Shown piece after piece: positions 21,600 through 31,459 of a stretch of 46,069 nt of DNA (its first letter is position 1; each line of letters starts with the position of its first letter). The notes under the pieces are model-generated. The model was not told the origin of the DNA. It ran no database searches and was given only the letters and a program-made list of their open reading frames with translations. The translations under genes were made by a program, and so were the position numbers. Origin of the DNA: Catajapyx aquilonaris (Eukaryota); NCBI GenBank assembly GCA_000934665.2, contig JYFJ02003133.1, forward strand, positions 1 through 46,069. The letters are read 5' to 3'.

Positions 21600-22128
21600 G
21601 TGAACATAGCACAGACACCAATGGTCCCATACCTCTTCGTACCTCCAAACCGCCCTCCAACAGCCTCGGCTGTTGGAAATACTGCTGCATCGTCAACTGA
21701 AACAAACCACACCCTCTGGTGGCGCCAGTTCCAGACAGCTGCTGCCCCTCCCTTCCAGTTCAACCCTGCCCGGTTCATGTTCCCTGCATCAGGTGCCACC
21801 ACAGCCACAAATACTTTTGGCTTCCAGCAGCAGCAGCAACAGCAGGAGGTGTCAGTGTCACCTGTTGCACCAGCACCTCCGTCCTGTGTAGATCCAACAT
21901 CGGGCACCTTGGTTCCCAAAGTGGAACCAGACTACCTAGATGTAGCAACATCTACAAGTGGAACTAGTCAGACCAACCACAGCCCTGGAGTGCAAGAAGA
22001 GGAATCTAAAATGACTACTGATTCAGAAATGCATCCACCACAATCTAGCACACCAGATGACATCAAATGGCAGCAGCAACGGGTTACCATGGGTTGCGGG
22101 CAGCTTGCCAGGGAGTTTGCTAGCAAAG
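21600..22128 (+). CDS. C2H2 zinc-finger gene, coding exon 2 (P/Q/S/T-rich, Q7, PKVEPD)
   Basis: Strong acceptor TTTTTTGTCTTTCCTTAG|G; open frame; donor AAG|GTGAGG, phase 1. Confidence 0.82.
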
Positions 22129-23005
22129 GTGAGGAGAATGCATATATTGGAACATGCATTTTATGTTGAACTTTTATTAAATGGAAACATCACATTAGTA
22201 TTCATGTGTTGTTGTTCTCTGCTGCAGTTTGTGCTATAAGATTAAGAGTGCTTTTAAGTAAAGCCTGGATTGTGACCTGAAAATCCTGGTAGAGGTCCAG
22301 AAAAATTCAAAATGGGCATGGACAACAGGCCTTGGTGACACTACTGTATGACCAAGGGCTCCTTTTGGGTTGCAGGATGGTGATATGTCATTAAGTGAGC
22401 ACTGGGTTTGTATATTCCCCACACTGAGGAAAGGTATGCACAAGCAGCAGGGGTTGGAAAGTTTTTAAAAACCTTGCTTCCAGCCTGTGCACAAGTAAGG
22501 GGTGGATTGTGGTAAAAGGTAGGGGGACACCTATTCCCCAAGTCAGGTGCCACCTGCCACACCACATAATTCCTGATTGTACAGTAATTCAACATGGCCT
22601 AGAGTTTCTAATACTGTGCTAAATAATGTAACATTATTTTCCACCCTTTCATTCCTGTATTTGTAGGTGCCACTCTGATTCACATCCAACAACTTACCAG
22701 ATGCTTGAATTTTTGCCTAAATAATGTATATAATAATGTAAGCTAATAAGTGCAAATTTAGAGAGTTCCAATGAGTTGTCAGTAATGGTTAACAATTATT
22801 GACACTGTATTGCTTGTTACAAAGCAGTTACTCTCAAACAGTTACTTTTAGGCCCATATACATAATGACTACTCAGTTCGTGGGGTTGAGAGAGAGAGAG
22901 AGAGTAGATCCTGTCGCTTCCCTTGAAACCCTAAAAGGCACTTCAGATTGAAGTTAACATGAAATGTCACTGTTCACTGTTTTAAAGCTGTTGAAAAGCA
23001 GGGTG

Positions 23006-23499
23006 TTTCTTACTAGTAGGTCAACTGGTAGGAGCGTACTTGTTGACCCTAAATAAGTCGAAAATGTAGTTGGGAGAAATGTCAAGAGACCAATTGGTAA
23101 CCAGGTAGGCAACTGGACATATTGGCTTGGCCATCCACATGTGGCGGAAACACACACCACACCTTTTTATAGGGAGATCATCTGGAAGATGGATCCACTC
23201 ACCTTACAATAGTTGCCTAGGGAGCAGGATGTGAGTTATCACTGAAAGAGGCGATCTCACAAAATACTATCACATGATTATCACACCCATATCCTATTGT
23301 AAGGTAGGCAGGTCCACCTGTCATGGAATCTCCCTACAGAAAGGTGGTGTGTGTTACAGCATGTGTGTAGGGGCAGACCAATGTATCTGGTCGTCTACCT
23401 TGTTACTGGTTGGTCTCTCGACATTTCTCCCCACTACATTTTTCACTTGTTTTGGGCCAATCAGTGCACTGCCTGCCAGTTGCTCTACTAGTAAGATAC
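23006..23499. mobile_element. Old foldback element, about 210-bp diverged arms
   Basis: 23006-23213 is the reverse complement of 23294-23499 (e.g. AAAATGTAGTTGGGAGAAATGTCAAGAGACCAA versus TTGGTCTCTCGACATTTCTCCCCACTACATTTT). Confidence 0.75.
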
Positions 23500-23829
23500 A
23501 ACCTGTACAAGAACAAATAGGTATCACAGTTTCATTTCTTGCCAATTAATTTTAATGAAAAAAGCCACGACTGCGATTGGCAGGTGATTCCACATAACCT
23601 TCAAACTGAATGGTAACCAAATAAAAACTGGTGTGGGGAATAACACTCAAGACAGCGATATTGATGCACGTATCCCATCATCGGGCAACTTTCTTGATGC
23701 CCCTTCCACAGAAGGCCATTCCGTGCATTACCCTGCTGTGTCTGTCACCTCCTCTTCCAATGTGAACTTCTTTCCAGCCAGAGGATTTTTTGGGAGGACT
23801 GAAGAGGTTCAGGTGTCACTAGATGCATA

Positions 23830-24000
23830 CACACACGTGCAAAATGTTGAGACTCGATTATGGAAGATATTTTGGAATCTTCCCTGTGAAAGTCCTGACT
23901 TTGCACACAGTCACTTCTACCATTTGAGTCCTTTTAAAAACATCCCCTGGCTGGAGAGAATTTCTAAATGGAAGAGGAAGTGAAAGGTGTGGCAGTTTGT
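23830..24000 (+). mobile_element. Degraded mariner transposase fragment
   Basis: WKIFWNLPCESPDFAHSHFYHLSPFK resembles the mariner WEVLPHPPYSPDLAPSDFHLF motif. Confidence 0.55.
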
Positions 24001-24068
24001 TTCAAGTGCAGACAATAGTACAAGGACCATACGAAAATTATTTACTATTTATTTTTTTGCCAAAAATA

Positions 24069-24764
24069 CAGGGGCCATGTAGGTCGACAATTAGGCACAC
24101 ACACTATTGACAGAACCCTCCTGGAGCCGAATGCACAGGAGTCATGGGTGTGGCAACCTCTCCAGGCTCCCCAGGAACCTCTTTTTGGAGGTGCGACGTA
24201 CCACTACCGGACAATTGCTCACAGTCAGCAACTATATCAACAATCTGCACAATGTCCTCAAAATTGTCCATGGATCTTGCTTTGAGTGCTTCCACACCCA
24301 CTGTACTCCCCTGGCCTGGCCTCCAGTGACTTTGTTTGTTTGTAATTGGGCCAGAGGCCCTCTTGGGGGGGGGGGGGGTNGGCAGAGAAGGGAGTGCAAT
24401 TCTGCCTGGTCGTGTCTGGTGAAAAGCGGAAACAGACCCAACCAAGCGAAGGTCACGCCTGACGGGGACGGGATTTTGAACCCCGGACCTCCTGCTTGGC
24501 TGGCCAGTACAATACCACTAGACCACCATCCCCCCCGCCTCCAGTGACTTTCATCTGTTCGAATATATTTAAAAAGTCCCTCCGCCAATGCTATTTTGAG
24601 GACATTGTTGACTGAAAAGTTGCCTGGGAGTCGGTCCACCGCACCACCAAAAAGTGGTTTCTGGAGAGTTTGGAGAGGATGACACACACGTGGTCCCAGT
24701 GCATTCGGCTCCAGGAGGATTCTACCTATAATGTGTGCCAATTTGCTGACCGGTATGGGCACTA
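24069..24764. mobile_element. Old Tc1-like foldback MITE hosting two SINEs
   Basis: TA-CAGGGGCC start; 24087-24265 is inverted relative to 24590-24745 (shared CCTCCTGGAGCCGAATGCAC and ACAATGTCCTCAAAAT). Confidence 0.7.
24334..24536 (-). mobile_element. SINE family E, copy 2 (shorter)
   Basis: Homologous to 20361-20662; 15-bp TSD GCCTCCAGTGACTTT (24319-24333, 24537-24551). Confidence 0.88.
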
Positions 24765-25114
24765 ATAATAATCAATCATAATAATAATCTTGGTAGTGCA
24801 CGAACTCCTTACGAGTTATATGGCACGGACCTTTATTATTACTCATATACAGTATACATTGGACCTGATGACGTAGCGCTCGGGCCCACAGGCAGGGTGA
24901 CAGGAGGGGATGTGCAAGGTGCAGTGCAATGTCATTATGTGGCCACTTTTAGTGAACTCCCCCAGGTGGTTTAGTCTGTTGGAAATACCACCCGAGATGA
25001 AGCCAGAGGTGACCCTGAACTCTGCACGAGATGAAGGGGGTGTCCCAGGGCTGGGATCGAACCCTGGACCTTAACATCCGTGGGCGCATACGTTACCGCA
25101 GCACCACTCCGCCT
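24765..25114 (-). mobile_element. SINE family D, copy 2
   Basis: 15-bp TSD CCGGTATGGGCACTA (24750-24764, 25115-25129); same head and body as 15781-16138. Confidence 0.9.
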
Positions 25115-25188
25115 CCGGTATGGGCACTATGTCTGTGGGAAAAAAAAACACACATTGTAATCATTTTGGTACAGCACTCTATTTTAAG

Positions 25189-25912
25189 GGGAGGTGAGGT
25201 GGCTGAGATGGTAACGTCTCGGATTGCTGAGTGAAAGGTCCCAGGTTCGATCCCCGCCTTGGAGTTCCCTTTCACCTGTGTCAGTAGGGTCTCTGACCCG
25301 TGCCTTGGAGGTGTCTGGCAACCTAACCTCCTGGGGAACAGCACATGACCCCTTTACAGACATTGCACTTGCACCCATGTTCCTTCCCCAAAAAATCCCT
25401 ATCCTATGTCCTTGATTCGTTGCACTGCACTGGAGAGTGAAGAAAACTATACATACTAGAAAACTGATGGTGGTGTGCCACCCCCTTATAAGGGCTTATA
25501 CCAGATTTCTTGAACAGTGGTTCAAGTCAGTTTGAACTGGGTTTATGTGTACATGCTCGATTCAGTGTAAACTCCCCTTCCAAGTGTGCGCATTTCTCGA
25601 GCATAAACAAACCTTCGGTTACTATGTGAACGCCACGCCCAAGTTCGAATTGCACCGTTGCCACATGTACCCGTCCTCCCCATTTCTCCGAACCGGTCTG
25701 AACTGCTGCGCGAGTCGTTACCGGTGTGTAAATAAACGGCAGCCGGGTGGTCAGATGTGAACCGAGTTTAAACCTCATCCAAGGTTTACTTTTGCCTCGA
25801 GAAATGAACGTTTCTCTGAACTGGGATTAAACTGGGTTTACATTTGAGCCACTGTTCGAGAAATCGGGGATTAGAGCTCTATCACGAGGTAAAATAAGCA
25901 ATAAATAAATAG
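25189..25912 (+). mobile_element. SINE family C, copy 2, interrupted in its 3' tail
   Basis: TGGCTGAGATGG / GGTTCGATCCC head; TSD TATTTTAAG (25180-25188, 25913-25921) spans the nested MITE. Confidence 0.85.
25499..25870. mobile_element. PIF/Harbinger-type MITE
   Basis: About 27-bp TIRs (GATTTCTTGAACAGTGGTTCAA / TTGAGCCACTGTTCGAGAAATC); TTA 3-bp TSD; internal AACTGGGTTTA repeats. Confidence 0.78.
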
Positions 25913-26099
25913 TATTTTAAGATTGGGGCATTGAAACTCTTGTCTAATGGCAGGGCATGTGCATCATTCTCCAGAGAACACCTGGAGAAACGTAATAATG
26001 TGGTTGGTTCATTTTCATGACAGCAAAGAATCTGTTGCAGGATCAGTTTTGGTACATATCACAATCATTTTTAATGAGGATGTCCCCATATGACATTAG

Positions 26100-26182
26100 G
26101 TATCAACAGTTCAAAGAGAATTGCCGCGTCGAGTGGGCAGCCACGCGTCAGGATGAAAGGAACCAGTTTGAACTGTTGATAC
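26100..26182. repeat. 83-bp hairpin or mini-MITE
   Basis: Perfect 16-bp inverted repeat GTATCAACAGTTCAAA / TTTGAACTGTTGATAC with a 51-nt spacer. Confidence 0.7.
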
Positions 26183-27156
26183 AAAAGTGAAACTCAGTTT
26201 TTACCTGCTTACGGCTGATTGCATCAATGCAAAGTATGGGAAAATCTTGAATTTTACATAGCAATTATTCACAATTCATAATCAGATAATTTTCCATAAT
26301 TTGCAGTGATGAAACTGACCCGTATATCCACAGTGCGATATAGAGATTTGTAAGTTGCTAATTTGCTATTGTTCAAACTGCAAATGGCCACGTGATGCAT
26401 ATGAGCCTTTGATACTGTTTATGTAATTTTTTATGGCCATGATACAGATGGTCAACTGCATAATTGCATGTTATTCATTAAAATTGACATTGATGAAATT
26501 ATTGTATCAATTATTGGTTTTCTATTGTACAGTCCACTCCAGATGTAAGAAATTTCAAGGGACCACTGAAATCAGTGTCCTATCCAAATCGCCATTTTTG
26601 CAATGAAAACACAAAGTTTTCTGCCTGCCATATTCCTGAAATGCACACGCTGCTGTGTACTGATTAATGAAACTGTCCACAAAATCGCTGTAAAAATAAT
26701 TCAAGTGTGTCAAAAGAAATCGTTCCTTTTGAAATACTTTAATTATTTTTACATTGATAAAATTCCATTAGTTGTCATTTTAAGTTGGGAAAATTGCAAA
26801 TACTGGATGAAATTATCAAACTCGTATTTCACCATGGAGATCAAGCAAACAAGGGACAAATGTCAAAATATCGAGTAAATTGCAAATTATGTTGGATCAT
26901 GTGAATTCCTATGCATATTTGGACATTTTCTCATTAATTTGAGTTAATCCAATCTTATCAAGTTGGGAAAATTTGGCTTTCTTTTTTTCATCTAGAGGAA
27001 TAACTCCATATGAAAATTGTTGCAATATGAGCCAAAATTGATCATGTAGCAAATCACTTGGAATATATTTTTAAATGGTACTTATTGACTTTCCCCTGCA
27101 ATAGCTGGAACTCATCTTGTAATTCTCTTGGTTTTTTTGGGGAAAAAAAATTAAAG

Positions 27157-27458
27157 AAGGCAGTGATGGCTCACCGATGACTTCAACAAAGCAGCAGCAG
27201 CAGCAGCAACAGCAACAGCAGCAGCAACGTGCGATTGTACCAGGTGTGGGAAATCCAGCTGCAGGCATGAAGCCAGACCACAACATGGCAGCCCAGATGG
27301 GCAGCCCAATTGGGTCAGATAGTGAGGATGAAGAAGGTGGTGTTCAAGAGTACCAGACAGCAGACTCTTCTGGTGGGGGGCAGGCATCAACCTCGCAAGG
27401 CTATCTTCTAGTGTGCAACTTCTGTGGACGCATATTTATGACCCGCTCGGAGTTTGAG
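27157..27458 (+). CDS. C2H2 zinc-finger gene, coding exon 3 (Q12, acidic patch, first half of finger 1)
   Basis: Phase-1 acceptor AAG|AAG (27157 or 27160); ends CNFCGRIFMTRSEFE, donor GAG|GTGCGT, phase 0. Confidence 0.82.
27192..27227 (+). repeat. CAG/CAA coding repeat (12 Gln)
   Basis: Read directly from the sequence. Confidence 0.95.
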
Positions 27459-28089
27459 GTGCGTAAATTTTATTTTATTAGCAGTATTGTCTATTGCATT
27501 TAAGAGTGTTGAACAGTTTAGTTATGTTCAATGCAGTGACGTAATTGTACATAATTTAATACTTGAAATTTCTTTTATCAAGCATGTATGCAATTTGATG
27601 CGAAATACTTTTGCGCCATTTGCAATGCTGATCCAAATGAAAGTGAGCCACTCAACCATGCATAGGCCTGGCTATGTATAAATGCAGGATATTGAATTTT
27701 GTGGCAGCAGGGGGGATCTTACTCTTTGCTGCCCCCCTCCTTCCAATCTAAATTTCCAAGAATGAGAGGGATGTAGGGTGTCTATTTTGCTTGGGCTCTA
27801 ATTTTTTTGTGCTTGAAGTGCTTAATAGTGTTCATTACAAATGTGAAAACTAGATTGGAAAAAAGTTTTGATCAACTGAGATGGAGAGGTCAAAAGTATT
27901 GGCATAAATGGCACAATGATAGTAGGAAGTGATTACAAGCTGCAGGCATTTTCATTTGGATTTTTATAGCAGTGGTAGATTTCCACCTTTTTTTTTCAAT
28001 GAGTTGCACATTGTTCGCTCTAAGTTACAATTAAATGAATGACGGTCAAGATGTAAAATTATCTAGAATCTTCATCAATCTGGCAGTAA

Positions 28090-28428
28090 ATAATAAATAA
28101 GTAAATAAATCCGGGTAGTGCTTGGACCCCTCTAGGGGTATTGCACGGACCTTTATTTATTAACTTGTACAACATACACCATTGGAACCTTTGACAAAGC
28201 GCCCGGGCCCACGGGCAGGATGACAGGTGGGGATGTGCAAAGTGCAGTGCAATGTCGTGGGTGAGGTCATTTTGTGAACTCTCCCTGTGGTTAGGAGTCC
28301 CACCTGAGACGAAGCCAGAGATGGCCCAAACTCTGCACGAGATGAAGGGGGTGTCCCCGGGCTGGGATCGAACCCAGGACCTTAACATCCGTGGGCGCGT
28401 GCGTTACTGCAGCACCACTTCGCCTCCC
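28090..28428 (-). mobile_element. SINE family D, copy 3
   Basis: TSD TCAATCTGGCAGTAA / TCAATCTTGCAGTAA; head nearly identical to copies 1 and 2. Confidence 0.9.
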
Positions 28429-28749
28429 TCAATCTTGCAGTAATTTTTAAAGGGATTAGTAACTGAAAATGATGAATGAATGAACTTCATCAGGCAGAGG
28501 GTAGAAAGACTAGGGGCACCACACACATTTCACAGGACTTAAATGCACAATAATTAACTTAGTAATGGTTCTCTTATTAAAGTTATGTTGAATGCCTATA
28601 CAAGCACAATTTTTTGTAACACTTATTGATTGATAAATAATGGTACTGGTGTCACAAGCCCCTTTAATTGTTCACAGTCATTGTTGCCCATTGTGACATC
28701 TGCAATTCTTTGGCTTCATCGTCGTCGTCATCACCATCACGACATTTCC

Positions 28750-29500
28750 CTATAAGGGGTAGTCAGCGATGACGGGAACCACAAGCTAACCCAAAATATG
28801 AACTAAATTAAAACTTGTAAAATTAACCTATAAACAACCCGTCCCGCCCCCCACCCTGCCCATCTCAGATGACAAACACTCAATATTAAATTTAAATATT
28901 ACACTATACAACGCGGTACTTTGCGAAATCAAGTGTCCCCACCCCCCTGGAAGAGGAATCAGCAACTATTAAATTCCTCCAAGTGACTGGAATATTCACC
29001 TCCAAACGACCAGAACACCCACAGGCCAGCGAGAAGAACCAGCATACGGAAATCCACTCTCAAACTCCAAGTGCTGTGCAGGACAGAGAGAGAGGCGGAC
29101 ACCCTTGCAAGCATGACTACTGATGTCAACCTATGCATTACTGTGCAAGAGATATTTGCCAACCTTGTAGTTCTGCACAGCACCCAGAGCCCGAGTATGA
29201 ACTTCCAGACACTGACTCCTCCCACCAACCTGCAAACATTCTAGCCATTCGGAAGAATTCAATGGACTCTGCCATTCCTCACAAACCTGTGAATATTCTA
29301 CCCATTAATTAACCTATGCCATTTACACCTATCCAAACAAACAACCTTAGCCTCAGCCACGTCCATGGTCCTATTGATACATGAACGTCTCGGCTTAACA
29401 CTAGCAACACCCTTAAGACACTGACCCACCTGGTCCAACCAATGATCAATAAGAGAATTTCCATGAATATATGTAAAATATTAGCATTTACAGGAAATTT
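28750..29500 (+). mobile_element. Possible decayed LINE ORF1/gag-like fragment
   Basis: A/C-rich strand bias opposite to the flanking intron; broken Cys/His knuckle-like peptides (ICQPCSSAQH, PTCKH). Confidence 0.3.
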
Positions 29501-30099
29501 CTCCAAAAAAAACTTTAAAAGGGACTGAAGCAGCCTAATGTTAGTGAGGTGAATATGACAGATTGTGATGTATTCTCTAATTAGCTCCCCCAAAGAGCAC
29601 CAAGATAAGTTGTGCTCCTGAATTGATGACCCTTGCATGGTGTCAAGTTACATGCCTAGGGACGGCTAATTTTTCTCAGAAAATTATGGCGTGAAACTAG
29701 TTTCAAAGTGAAGGTTGCATGCCACTAGAGGAAATGACCTGTTTGGTGGGAATTATCCCTCACAGGTTTATTACCCTGATGAAACATGTTGAAATGTAAG
29801 GATTGTTGCCTCGTTTCTGGGGCCAGACTGCACTGGCTATTGCCTGCCACAGTTTAGAGTCAGGTCATGATGGTGGTGACTAGATCTTTTACTCTGTGGT
29901 CAGGTGCCTGCCATCACATTGAAAGAACTTGATTGCAATTAATTCAAGTTCAGCATTATTTGGACAGTGTTATACAATAATGAGTCAACCCACACGAGAA
30001 CAGTTTTAGGAAAAAAAATTACATTAGGTTGTGTCGGGGGGACAAGCCGGCAGCATTTGTGGGCTCAACCTACATTATGTTTCACTTTTCTCGACTATA

Positions 30100-30337
30100 A
30101 TGGCGGGGCCATGCAGGCGTGGATACATCTTTAAAATCGGATCAGGGGGCATGCAGGCAAATTCGAGCGTTACAGAAAAGCGTCGGTTATAGCAGACTCT
30201 GTTATAATAGACTGGTAACGCTAGAGTTTGCCTGCATGCCCCCGCCATGGTCCCCCTGGCAGGGCCCTGCTGTAACGCTTTTCTGTAACACTCGATTTGC
30301 CTGCATGCCCCCTGATCCGATTTTAAAGACGTATCCA
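30100..30337. repeat. Compound palindromic element
   Basis: 30120-30183 pairs with 30275-30337; 30100-30118 pairs with 30229-30249; four copies of the GCATGCAGGC-type motif. Confidence 0.75.
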
Positions 30338-30811
30338 TGTCAAAAGGGCTTTGAAGGTCATACCTGTGAAATTAATTCAGTGTTCTTTTCGGTCATTTGT
30401 GGCAGAAGTATGCAGATTTCACCAGTGTGATTTTAACTGAATGAAGTAGGATCCTTTAGGTATATGTTCCTGGGCGTAGCTCAAATTTGACATTTTTGTG
30501 GGTTGCATAACGTCGTCCATTTGTAATAAGGCCTGCTGATATTTAACCCTGAGTAAAACTGGGCTAGTGATCCATTACTCAGACTCTCATCTTGTCTGGA
30601 CAAATCTCGACTTACCAAACTTGATATTTTGAAGTTTTTTTCTACATTTTGTAGGGCTGTACCATCTGACCTGTTATTTTAATAACAAAACACCAGATGA
30701 TTACTAAATTCAGAATGGTGTCATGCTAGTGCTACATTTTTCCAAACCTCCTGTATAGACAAGTTCAGGATCCACCGTGATGAATAATTTGTACTTTTGC
30801 AACATTTACAG

Positions 30812-31459
30812 GTTCACAAGAAGTCCCACATATCCGACGATGCGTCCACAGCCTCAGCAATTAGTGGTGGAAAAGCAGCTCGCTTCCCTGAAGTCACATT
30901 CTCATGCAAATCAGTGCATGATCTCTTTGTGCGACGCCCAGCTGAGCAGAAGCCATTTGTGTGCAAGCTGTGTGGGAAGGCATGCCGCACAGAGGAGATG
31001 TGTGGAAGCCACCTGAAGTGCCACCTGGGAGAGAAACCATACCCATGTGTCTTCTGCGGGAAGCGGTTCATGCATCGGGAGACATGTGCTCGCCATGAGA
31101 AAACCCACTCAGCTGGGGAACAGCCATATCGGTGTGAGCTCTGCCCACGCACTTTCGTGGCTAAGGAAGATCTGCAGAGTCACCTGCAGCTGCATGCTGA
31201 AGGGAAGCTGTTCCGGTGCGAGTACTGCGGGAACACCTTTTTGCGCAAGCCCTACTTGGTGGTGCACCTGCGGACCCACACAGGAGAAAAGCCATACAAG
31301 TGCAAGGTGTGCGGCCGGGGATTCACCCAGAGGCAGTGCTGCACCTACCATGAGAGGATTCATACCGGAGAGAAGCACTACAAGTGCCATGTCTGCGGGA
31401 AGAGCTACTCCTGCCATGGAAGCTTCAAGAAGCATATGCGGAGGCACAGCGCAGTCTAA
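30812..31459 (+). CDS. C2H2 zinc-finger gene, last coding exon (completes finger 1, then six tandem fingers)
   Basis: Acceptor ACATTTACAG|GTT; six C-x2-C-x12-H-x3-H units with GEKPY/TGEKPY linkers; TAA at 31457-31459. Confidence 0.95.
   Translation, partial: VHKKSHISDDASTASAISGGKAARFPEVTFSCKSVHDLFVRRPAEQKPFVCKLCGKACRTEEMCGSHLKCHLGEKPYPCVFCGKRFMHRETCARHEKTHSAGEQPYRCELCPRTFVAKEDLQSHLQLHAEGKLFRCEYCGNTFLRKPYLVVHLRTHTGEKPYKCKVCGRGFTQRQCCTYHERIHTGEKHYKCHVCGKSYSCHGSFKKHMRRHSAV

Noticed and set aside
24232..24762. 176-aa ORF
   Set aside because: Runs across a MITE arm and a SINE; chance ORF
27105..27122. Better-looking acceptor CCCCTGCAATAG for exon 3
   Set aside because: Wrong phase relative to exon 2 and an in-frame TAA at 27120
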